64,000 nt of DNA from an uncultured Pelagibacteraceae bacterium (lineage in GTDB: Bacteria > Pseudomonadota > Alphaproteobacteria > Pelagibacterales > Pelagibacteraceae): positions 20,838 to 84,837 of the forward strand of contig CACMNK010000002.1 of the NCBI GenBank assembly GCA_902615145.1. Reading direction: 5' to 3'. The position numbers were made by a program, and so were the translations under genes. Shown here in pieces: positions 29,409 to 37,634 of the stretch (position 1 is the first letter of the stretch; each line of letters opens with the position of its first letter). The notes beneath the pieces were generated by a model, which ran no database searches, was not told where the DNA came from, and saw only the letters and a list, made by a program, of their open reading frames with translations.

Positions 29409-30947
29409 CTATAAAATCCTTGGTGCGATAAACACTAATAATTCATCCATGTTATCAGTGTTTGATTTACCTTTAAATAAATTTCCAACAACTGGAACGT
29501 CTCCTACCCCAGGAGTTTGTTGTTTGCTGTTAGTTAAAGCATTCTTTTTAATACCACCTATAACTACAATATCGCCATCAGCTATTAATAATTTTGTGCT
29601 AATTTCCATTTTATTGATCGCAGGATCTCCTGGATTAGATCTATTAGGTGTATCATTATTAACTTGGATATCCAAAAGAACGTTTCCATCTCCAATAATA
29701 CTTGGTGTAACAGTCATTTTTAATGCTGCTTCCTTAAAGGAGGTATCTGAACCCTCTGCTGAACTAGAAGCGTAAGGTATTTCTTCACCTTGTGTGATAG
29801 TTGCGACCTGGTTATCTAAAGTAAATATTTTTGGATTAGATATAGTTTTTCCCATCCCCTGAGACTCAAGTGCAGTTATTTCAGTCTTCAAAACTGCAGA
29901 TCCTGTCTTCTTTAATATTCCAATACCACTTGTCTTACCAGCTGCTCCAAAATTTGTTATGGAGTCAGTAGTAGAACCTATAACAGCAGTAGCTGCACCT
30001 ATATCTGCATCTCCTGATGATCCTGCTTGAACACCACCTATTATCTCACCCTGTCTTCTATAGTATCCACCAAGAGCAGTACCTAATGCCCTTTCGAAAT
30101 CTGAATTTGCCTCAACAATAAAAGCTTCAATTAAGACTTGTCTTGTTCTAACATCAATTTCTTTAATTATTTTATCAACTACGTCTAAATCTTTTTCTTT
30201 TCCTCTTGCAATAATCGATCTTGTAGTTTTTTCTTCAGTAATTTGAACTAAAGAAATTCCTCCATCTGCTGCTTTAAATAACTCATCTAAAGTAGCTTTG
30301 GCCTCAGCAGGGCTTATATAATAAAGTCTGAATATTTCTGAAATTAATGGCTCTACAGAGTCCTCTAGTTCAACTTTTTTCCTTACAGCTGAAGCTCTAG
30401 CTGATTTTGTAGATTCTTGTTGAGTCAAATTTGATGGAGAGTGAACTCTTATTAAATTACTTTGAACATCAAAATCAGCTGCATAATTTTTTAAATCTAA
30501 AAGCGCATTAAAAGCTTTGTCCCATGGAATATCAATCAGTTGAGCTGTGACTGAGCCGGCAACTTCATCACCAATGAGGATATTTATCTCACCAGCTTTT
30601 GCCATCAATTCTATTGCTGTTCTATAATCTAGATTTTTAAAATTAAATGAAATATTTTGCTTTAATAATTTATATTCTTCACCAATTAACAAATAGTTTC
30701 TTGCTTTTTGTGAAGAAATTTGTTTTCTTTTGCCAAGTTTAATTACGTCAGCTTCAGCTGGTTTTGGCCCCATCTTTGCAGTTTTATCAACTTCTATTTT
30801 ACCTTTTTTCTTTATGTCTTCTTTTATTAAAGGAGTGTTATGTTTAAATTTTTTTGTTCCAAATTTACCGTCAGTAGCACAACCACTTAAAAGCACAGCT
30901 GAAAAAAAGCTAAATAAAATAAAAAATTTGATATTTTTAAAATTCAT
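29409..30947 (-). CDS. pilQ: Type IV pilus secretin PilQ (short, lipoprotein signal)
   Basis: LLSGC lipobox; IPWDKAF, QVLIEAFIVE, NPKIFTLDN, VIGGI, PVVGNLFK, ELLVFIAPRIL. Confidence 0.93.
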   Translation of the reverse strand: MNFKNIKFFILFSFFSAVLLSGCATDGKFGTKKFKHNTPLIKEDIKKKGKIEVDKTAKMGPKPAEADVIKLGKRKQISSQKARNYLLIGEEYKLLKQNISFNFKNLDYRTAIELMAKAGEINILIGDEVAGSVTAQLIDIPWDKAFNALLDLKNYAADFDVQSNLIRVHSPSNLTQQESTKSARASAVRKKVELEDSVEPLISEIFRLYYISPAEAKATLDELFKAADGGISLVQITEEKTTRSIIARGKEKDLDVVDKIIKEIDVRTRQVLIEAFIVEANSDFERALGTALGGYYRRQGEIIGGVQAGSSGDADIGAATAVIGSTTDSITNFGAAGKTSGIGILKKTGSAVLKTEITALESQGMGKTISNPKIFTLDNQVATITQGEEIPYASSSAEGSDTSFKEAALKMTVTPSIIGDGNVLLDIQVNNDTPNRSNPGDPAINKMEISTKLLIADGDIVVIGGIKKNALTNSKQQTPGVGDVPVVGNLFKGKSNTDNMDELLVFIAPRIL

Positions 30948-31443
30948 TTGCCTCTTTTATTTGATTTTTAAAATTCATAATTATGTACTGGTTATCGTCA
31001 GCTTTTTCAAAAACTGCTCTTTTTATACTAACGTCAACAAGTTTCACACCACTTAAGACTTCTTCAAATAATTCCACTGTCATAAATTCACCATTGTCAT
31101 CAACTAAAGTAATGAAACTATTATCTTGAGCGGAAAATGAACCAACAAGTTTATAAGATCTTAATTTTACTGCACTGGATGTAGGTGTTACTTCTGTAAC
31201 TATATCACTAGACGTTGATGCATCTCCAGCAAATGGATCATTCAAAGGTAACGGTTCTTCTTTTACAACAATTTGGTCTGTTTCTTTTTCAATGTTCTCT
31301 TGTTGTGCTGCTTGCTTCTCTTTTACTTGTTTATTAATCTCTTTTGCCTTTTCAACAATGTTTTGGTCGTGACTGTCTGACATTACTTTCTGAGAGAAAA
31401 TAACAACTATTAAAACCAAAAATATGAGCCTAAAAAAATTCAT
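30937..31443 (-). CDS. pilP: PilP-like pilus alignment protein
   Basis: NDPF motif, YKLVG beta-domain; position between pilO and pilQ. Confidence 0.65.
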   Translation of the reverse strand: MNFFRLIFLVLIVVIFSQKVMSDSHDQNIVEKAKEINKQVKEKQAAQQENIEKETDQIVVKEEPLPLNDPFAGDASTSSDIVTEVTPTSSAVKLRSYKLVGSFSAQDNSFITLVDDNGEFMTVELFEEVLSGVKLVDVSIKRAVFEKADDNQYIIMNFKNQIKEANEF

Positions 31444-32131
31444 CTGGTAAACCCACTATTGTTAATACACCAGTTACTGCTACCGTACTGGTTGTATCCC
31501 CTTTTATCACTTTAATTGTTTCTTTGTCAAAATTTAACATTTTTTGAGACATGGCCACTTGTCTCTTAAACTTAATATATCCAAGAAAATTGCCCTTTAT
31601 TTGAAAATTTACAGGTATTCTGTAATAAGCAATATTTTTTTTAACACCAGTATCAACTTTCTTCCTACTTTTTCTCTTTTTCTTCTTTTTCTTCTTTTCT
31701 GTAGAAGCAATAGCTGATGCCTTTGTTATAGCCTTTGGTTTGCCCTTTTCAATCTTTGAAATGACTAAGTTGTTAATCCCTGCGAATTGACTTAGTGTAT
31801 CGTAAAGACCCTCAACCTCGGCTTTGCTGTGAAATAAAGTAGAATATTGTTCATATCGAGGAGTAAGTTTTTTTATTTTAGCTTTACTAGATTTGATGTC
31901 TTGATTCATCTTTATTATTTCAGCTTGTTTTTTCTGCATGTTATCTAGCTGAGCTTTTTTCTTTTCAACGATAGGGCTTAAAACAGCGTAATAAATTATT
32001 AAGAATATAATAATTGATAAAAATCCAATACCAAATTTAATTAGAATCTTTTTATCTATCGATTTAATTTTAGCTTTTATACTTTCTAAATCGATGTTCT
32101 TTAAATCTAAATTAATATTTTTTAAATCCAT
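31430..32131 (-). CDS. pilO: PilO-like pilus alignment protein
   Basis: Single TM, coiled coil, YYRIPVNFQIKGNFLGYIKF; position after pilMN. Confidence 0.8.
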   Translation of the reverse strand: MDLKNINLDLKNIDLESIKAKIKSIDKKILIKFGIGFLSIIIFLIIYYAVLSPIVEKKKAQLDNMQKKQAEIIKMNQDIKSSKAKIKKLTPRYEQYSTLFHSKAEVEGLYDTLSQFAGINNLVISKIEKGKPKAITKASAIASTEKKKKKKKRKSRKKVDTGVKKNIAYYRIPVNFQIKGNFLGYIKFKRQVAMSQKMLNFDKETIKVIKGDTTSTVAVTGVLTIVGLPDEFF

Positions 32132-32134
32132 ACA

Positions 32135-34582
32135 TTATCCCTTAACATCCACAAAAACTGTAAAATCTTTTTTAATATCTGCAGAGTCTCCAGCCTTGCC
32201 TTTGAAATTCATTTTTCCAAGTGATGCTTGCACAACTAACTCCTGCGTTCCTAAATTATTAATTAACTTCAAAATGTCTTGATCGGTAGCAGCCTGCCCT
32301 CTGATAATTACTTTATTTTTGCCATCGTAATCAACTGATGAAAATTTTATTCTTTTAGGAACACTCATAGCAACTTGAGCTAAAACTCTATAACTCTTCT
32401 GTTTATTTGATTTTAAACTTTTACTTAATTTTAAAGTATTTGTAATTATAGCTAACTCTTTTTTAATTTTCTTTTGTTCAGATGTTTTAGCTTTATGAGT
32501 TTCTAGGACAGTATTGTAATTAATTAGTTTTTTATTGTAAGATTGGATGTTCCAGAAAGATAAACCAAAGAGAATTACATATATTGCTGCTACTGAAGCA
32601 GCTATACCTTTGAAAGCAAAACTTGAAAAAGCTTTCATCTTTTTTTCTTTAATCATGCCTTTTCTGTCAGGAAGTAAGTTTATATTTTTAACGGCAGTAA
32701 CAAATTTATAATAACCAAACACATCCAATTTTCTAAAAGCAAGACCTACAACTGATGATAAGTATGATCTGTTAATTAAATCTACTTTTTCTTTATTTTG
32801 CTGAGGGATTAACAATCCATCAATTGGATCAAATAAGTTAAAACCAACATTTAGTAGACCCTTTCTAAAACTTGACAAAAAATCCTCAACATTTTTTAAA
32901 TCTGAGACTACTTTTATGTTTCTTATTCTTCTCTCATATTTGGTTTCAAAATCTTGAACCGCTTGTTTTACTTGAGTTAAAAATCTTCTTACTAATGCTT
33001 CTTTTTCTTCAACATCTTGTGACTCTAATAATATTTTTCTATCTTGGCCTCTTAAAAAAATATCAGTAATTATTGGGTTATTATCATATAAAATCATTAA
33101 ATAATTCTCATCTAAACCAAATTCTAAAACCGCAGTAAGATTTACATCATCTGTTTTATTTGAGATTTGATTTATTTGATCGACAGCAGATTTTAATGCA
33201 AAGCATTTTACATCAATTATAACTGGGTTGAGATTACTTTGCTTGATTATAGAGGTATAATTATTTATATCAGCCAGCTTTGAAGCAACAAATAAAATAT
33301 CCATTGTATTAGCTTTTTCATTCCTATTAATAACTTGATGGAAAATTGAATAGTCATCTAAGTTATCAGTTAACTGAACTAAATTTTCCCAAAGTGAATT
33401 AGTTTCAATAGCTTTTTGCAATTCCTCTTCTTTCATCAATGGTGCTGTTACAACTCTTATAATCGCGCTTGTGACAGGTATGGCAATTGCAGCATTTAAA
33501 GTTGTAATTTTAGATTTTTGTAATGCAATTGTAAGTTCTGCTCCTAATTTTTCTCCATTATCTAAAACATTTGCATCATCTGGTAAGTCAACTTGGTGAG
33601 CATAAAATTTATCTAATACCCATTGATTTGATTTATTAGTTGATACTTGAGCTAATCTTATTTCTTTGTTTGTAATTTCAACTCCAACAATTTCCTCCCC
33701 TTTAACTGCTGACTTTCCAATTTTAGATTTAAAAAAACTAGTAACTTTTTTCGAAAGTTCATTAGTTTTGAGTGATGGTTTTGAAACTGAACTTTTTTCT
33801 AAGAAGCTTGGCTTTTTAAATTTAATATTTTTTATATTATCTAAAAAAGCAAATTTTGATTTTTTATTTTCTTGTTCGTCCTCTGGTGATTGATTTAAAA
33901 TAGGAGAGTCAATTTTAGGTTCGGTTAACGTAGTTGTTTGACTCGTTTGTTCTTTATTAACAATTTGAGTTGAAGTTTCTGGTTGAACAGATGTTTCTTC
34001 AGTTTTAACAGGTTGCTCTTGAATTTCTTTTTCTTTTTCTTTTCCCGCAACAACGTCATCAAACCATTTTTCTAAAATTGGTATTGCTTCCTCCAAATTA
34101 GGAGTTCCTGATGATGAAATTTTTTGTTTTCCATCATGATAAAGTCTTCCAACCCAATTTTTTGATTTTAATTCACCTTTGTATTTGTCTTGTCGGATAT
34201 AAATATGCAACCTTCCGTCTTTCTTATGGATTACCTCATGCGAGGATCCATTATTTTCATCTTTTTTTTCACTTGAAGGCTCGGATGTTTGTTGTTGGGT
34301 GGTTTCTTGATCGTTGTTTTGACTTGATTCTAAACTTTTTTCGTCATTTTGATTATCTAAAATTTTATTTTCCTCTTTTTTATCACTAGATGTATCTAAA
34401 TTTTGTGTTTGATCATTATTTTCGTTATTATTTTGATTTGATTCAGGGATAGGATCATTTTTTTGATTATCTACACCTTCAGGTTGATTATTTTCATCAA
34501 CTTTAGATTGATTCTCAGATTCAGACTGAGACTTATCTTCATCAATAATTTTTTTTTCGTCGTCTTGATCGTTCATATACAA
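32135..34582 (-). CDS. PilM-PilN fusion with N-terminal acidic linkers and integrase-arm-like domain
   Basis: PilM actin-like core (IVGVEI, AAIAIP, VIIDVKCFAL, VLEFG, VVGLAFR); PilN INLLP at 32669-32683 then TM and PilN domain; ~290-aa N-terminal extension. Confidence 0.88.
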   Translation of the reverse strand: MYMNDQDDEKKIIDEDKSQSESENQSKVDENNQPEGVDNQKNDPIPESNQNNNENNDQTQNLDTSSDKKEENKILDNQNDEKSLESSQNNDQETTQQQTSEPSSEKKDENNGSSHEVIHKKDGRLHIYIRQDKYKGELKSKNWVGRLYHDGKQKISSSGTPNLEEAIPILEKWFDDVVAGKEKEKEIQEQPVKTEETSVQPETSTQIVNKEQTSQTTTLTEPKIDSPILNQSPEDEQENKKSKFAFLDNIKNIKFKKPSFLEKSSVSKPSLKTNELSKKVTSFFKSKIGKSAVKGEEIVGVEITNKEIRLAQVSTNKSNQWVLDKFYAHQVDLPDDANVLDNGEKLGAELTIALQKSKITTLNAAIAIPVTSAIIRVVTAPLMKEEELQKAIETNSLWENLVQLTDNLDDYSIFHQVINRNEKANTMDILFVASKLADINNYTSIIKQSNLNPVIIDVKCFALKSAVDQINQISNKTDDVNLTAVLEFGLDENYLMILYDNNPIITDIFLRGQDRKILLESQDVEEKEALVRRFLTQVKQAVQDFETKYERRIRNIKVVSDLKNVEDFLSSFRKGLLNVGFNLFDPIDGLLIPQQNKEKVDLINRSYLSSVVGLAFRKLDVFGYYKFVTAVKNINLLPDRKGMIKEKKMKAFSSFAFKGIAASVAAIYVILFGLSFWNIQSYNKKLINYNTVLETHKAKTSEQKKIKKELAIITNTLKLSKSLKSNKQKSYRVLAQVAMSVPKRIKFSSVDYDGKNKVIIRGQAATDQDILKLINNLGTQELVVQASLGKMNFKGKAGDSADIKKDFTVFVDVKG

Positions 34583-34595
34583 CTTATAATTTTTT

Positions 34596-34911
34596 CTCTA
34601 ACACAATTTAACGAATCTCTAACACAAAATTATTATTTAGTCTAACACAAAATTATAAAATATATGTTCAAAATGGGCTTTATGTTAAAAAAGTAAGTAA
34701 AATAGCCATTTTTTACAAATTAAAATATTTCTTTAACTTTTTTTTTTAATTTAAATTTTTAATAAACTCTAACACAAATAATTAATTTTAAATTGTGTTA
34801 GAGTATTCTATTTTAATTTTTTTTAAAAAAGTCAATAAAATCAACAAAAATTAAAATGATGCTAAATTTAAAATTTCTTGTGTTAGAGTTTTAACTTTAT
34901 GTGTTAGAGTT
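34596..34911. repeat. Array of seven (C)TCTAACACA(A) sites upstream of pilMN
   Basis: Forward copies at 34596, 34617, 34641, 34766; reverse copies (TGTGTTAGAGT) at 34793, 34878, 34900; 34766/34793 form a perfect 12-bp inverted repeat with a 15-bp spacer. Confidence 0.92.
34665..34679. promoter_or_regulatory. Putative shared palindromic operator TGTTCA-AAA-TGGGCT upstream of pilMN
   Basis: Matches the block-wide motif; lies inside the repeat array. Confidence 0.55.
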
Positions 34912-35108
34912 AAATGTTTTAATAATACTACACTCAAAAATTGTAAATTTAATATTCAATTTATTAAAAAACTATCTATTCAATTACAAATTGAGCCTTT
35001 TTTTAAAAAAAAATATAGTTTTTTTCTCTTTTTGAGCGAAAATTGGATAATAATTAAATTTCTTACATGATTTATTAAAAAAATTTCTTTAAAACACATT
35101 TTTTTATT

Positions 35109-35411
35109 TTAATTAGGCTCTCCTCTTATATCTGTAGTTAACTTTTGATAAATCAAAACTGTAATTGCGTTAAAATTATTAATAATTCTGTTAAAATTCC
35201 AAATAGTATCAACGTTATTACAATTTAATTCTCTAAAGTAATAAACTTTTGCTATTGGAAGCGTTTGGAATATATCTTCTGAGATAATATTAAGCTAATT
35301 TGTTTTTTTTTCAATTGTAAAATTATATCTACAAACATTTAACGTCGCCCAAAACAAAAGAGCAGAAATAATTATTACAAACAAGACTATTGTCTTACTT
35401 ATCGCAAACAT
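35109..35411 (-). pseudogene. Possible 100-codon small membrane-protein frame interrupted by one in-frame TAG
   Basis: ATG at 35411: MFAISKTIVLFVIIISALLFWATLNV...KKTN, TAG at 35295-35297, same frame open for 61 more codons to TAA at 35109; no RBS. Confidence 0.25.
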
Positions 35412-35420
35412 AAAAAAAAA

Positions 35421-36704
35421 TTATGCACCGTCAACAACTACAATAGTCAGATCGTCTTTTTGAATACGACCAGACTTAATTATATCCTCAACAATTTTAT
35501 TTAATCTTTCGTGATTAGGTGTTTGTTGATACTTTGTAATATAGTTTTTGAATCCATCAGACTCTAACATATTACCTTCAGGATCTTTCATCTCTGTTAT
35601 ACCATCAGTGAATACATACATCGAACTTTCAGAAAATTTTATTTTTGTCTCTTTGTATTTAATCTTCGACATAATTCCTAAAGGTGGACCTGCTTCAGTA
35701 TAGTTTGTAAATTTTCCGTCTTTAGAATGAATTAATGGTGGTTCATGTCCTGCGTTAGCAAGTAGTAATTCTTTTTTATTACTGTCATAAATACCTATAA
35801 GCATTGTTACAAACATTCCACGTGCAGCTGTTTCACAAATTTCAGAATTAAGTAAGTTTAATAAATCAGCAGCAGAAAAAATTGTTTTACTTAAACATCT
35901 ATAAAGACTCGAAGCCTTTGACATTAAAAGGGAAGATTTAATTCCTTTACCAGATACATCTGCTACACCAAAACCAAATTTACCATCACCTAGATCAGAA
36001 AAATTATAAAAATCTCCTGATACAACTTTTGCTGGGATGTTTATTCCTGCTATAGGAAAGTTTTCTTTTTTATTTTGCGACAACAAAGTTTTTTGTATCT
36101 CGCCAACAATTTCAATTTCTTTTTGCATTCTATTCTTATCGACTAAATCTTTTGCCATCTTAGCATTGTTTATTGCTAATGCAGCCGGACCAGACAAAGT
36201 TTCTAAAAGTTTTCTATCATTCTCTTCAAAAAGTTTATTATTAGTTTTTTTGTTTAAGCAATGAATAACGCCAATACATTCATCCGATACAATTAAAGGG
36301 GAACATAGAACTGAATAAGTTGTAAAATTTGTTTTATTATCTAAATCGAAATAAAATTCTGCAATTTCTCTAATATCTTTTCTAACATCGCCAACTCTAA
36401 TACATTTTTTCATGACTGCAGCTTTTCCCATAACTCCTTGAGTAATTGGGATTTCAAAATCCTCAAGATATGCTTGATGTTTGGAAGCAATACATTGGAA
36501 CGATTGATTTTTTTTATCTATTAAAAAAATATTTGCTGCTTGTGCATTAATTCTTTTTATAATTAATTCTAATGAGTTATTAAGTGTTTCTTTTAAATCA
36601 AGAGACATTGCAAACTCTTGATTCATTTTAGTTACCAGCTCTAAATCTTTACTGCTAGTGTCATCTATTTTGATCGTTTCCTTTTTTTTTACACCAAAAA
36701 ACAT
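35421..36704 (-). CDS. rsbU: GAF sensor - PP2C/SpoIIE phosphatase (RsbU-like)
   Basis: GAF (SVLCSPLI...IGVIHCLNK, FEENDRKLLE); SGDFYN, ADVSGKG, FTDGITE, DDLT. Start taken at ATG 36704 (MFFGVK) rather than 36791. Confidence 0.92.
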   Translation of the reverse strand: MFFGVKKKETIKIDDTSSKDLELVTKMNQEFAMSLDLKETLNNSLELIIKRINAQAANIFLIDKKNQSFQCIASKHQAYLEDFEIPITQGVMGKAAVMKKCIRVGDVRKDIREIAEFYFDLDNKTNFTTYSVLCSPLIVSDECIGVIHCLNKKTNNKLFEENDRKLLETLSGPAALAINNAKMAKDLVDKNRMQKEIEIVGEIQKTLLSQNKKENFPIAGINIPAKVVSGDFYNFSDLGDGKFGFGVADVSGKGIKSSLLMSKASSLYRCLSKTIFSAADLLNLLNSEICETAARGMFVTMLIGIYDSNKKELLLANAGHEPPLIHSKDGKFTNYTEAGPPLGIMSKIKYKETKIKFSESSMYVFTDGITEMKDPEGNMLESDGFKNYITKYQQTPNHERLNKIVEDIIKSGRIQKDDLTIVVVDGA

Positions 36705-36869
36705 GTTATTTATAAATTGATATTCGTTAATTTTTTGATAATTTTGAAATTGATGGAAATCATTATTCATGCGCCTAATTTCTATTTGCACCTAACTGAT
36801 GCAATTATGTTAGTACAATACTGCATTAATGGGCTCATAGAATTTTCCTCTCAAATTAAACTCTAAACT

Positions 36870-37634
36870 GTGTTCTATATTACAGCATTTATCCTTGGAA
36901 GTATATGGGGGAGTTTCGCAAACGTTTGTATACACAGGCTTCCAAATGATGAAAGTATAGCAATTAAGAGATCTTATTGTCCAAAATGCAGTACAAGGAT
37001 CAAATGGTTTGATAACATTCCTCTATTGTCTTTCTTTATACTTGGTGGAAAGTGTAGAAGTTGCAAAGTTAAAATAGATATAAGATATTTTATAGTAGAA
37101 TTAATCAGTGTCTTAAGTTTTTTACTAGTTTACCATATTTATGGTTTAACCATCACAACTCTGTTGTTAGCTTTGTTAAGTATTTTTTTTATAATCATAT
37201 TTTTTATAGATTTAAATCATTTTATAATCCCTGACAGCCTTACTTTTCCATTAATGATAATTGGTTTTGCAAAATCATTTGCTCCAAATTTAGACTCAAA
37301 TCTCTTTCCTATTTATCTTAACTCACTTATTGGAGGAATTATGGGTTACTTAGTCATTTGGTTAATCATTCTTTCTTATAAAAAATTTAAGAATAAAGAA
37401 GGTATGGGACTGGGGGATGCTAAGTTACTCTCTGCAATTGGTTTCTGGTTCGGCTGGATATGTATCCCCTTTATAATTTTTATATCTTCTGTTGTAGCAC
37501 TTCTAATTGTAACACCATCTCTAATTAAAAAATCAAAAACAATGTCCTCACAAATTCCATTTGGTCCGTACATTATAATCGGTTGTGTGATTTATATTTC
37601 TTTTTTTGATAAATTTAAAATATTTTTGTTCTAA
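36870..37634 (+). CDS. pilD: Prepilin peptidase / N-methyltransferase PilD
   Basis: GSFANVCIHRLP, CPKC/CRSC, FIDL, GMGLGDAKL, IPFGPY. Confidence 0.96.
   Translation: MFYITAFILGSIWGSFANVCIHRLPNDESIAIKRSYCPKCSTRIKWFDNIPLLSFFILGGKCRSCKVKIDIRYFIVELISVLSFLLVYHIYGLTITTLLLALLSIFFIIIFFIDLNHFIIPDSLTFPLMIIGFAKSFAPNLDSNLFPIYLNSLIGGIMGYLVIWLIILSYKKFKNKEGMGLGDAKLLSAIGFWFGWICIPFIIFISSVVALLIVTPSLIKKSKTMSSQIPFGPYIIIGCVIYISFFDKFKIFLF

Noticed and set aside
26715-30000. Long + strand ORFs (26715-27227, 28136-28531, 29305-29775) and similar short antisense ORFs across the window
   Set aside because: Shadows of well-supported genes on the opposite strand; no recognisable motifs
34596-34911. Repeat array as a CRISPR or as transposon ends
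   Set aside because: Units are only ~10-12 bp, irregularly spaced and in both orientations; no cas or transposase genes and no target-site duplication
36705-36791. N-terminal extension of rsbU given by the ORF track (likewise 52840-52893 and 57078-57107)
   Set aside because: Upstream non-ATG or overlapping starts give implausible leaders; downstream ATGs fit better
36821-36836. CTGCATTAATGGGCTC as a seventh copy of the palindromic motif (rsbU/pilD gap)
   Set aside because: CA-to-TG spacing is 4 rather than 3; only a half-site match
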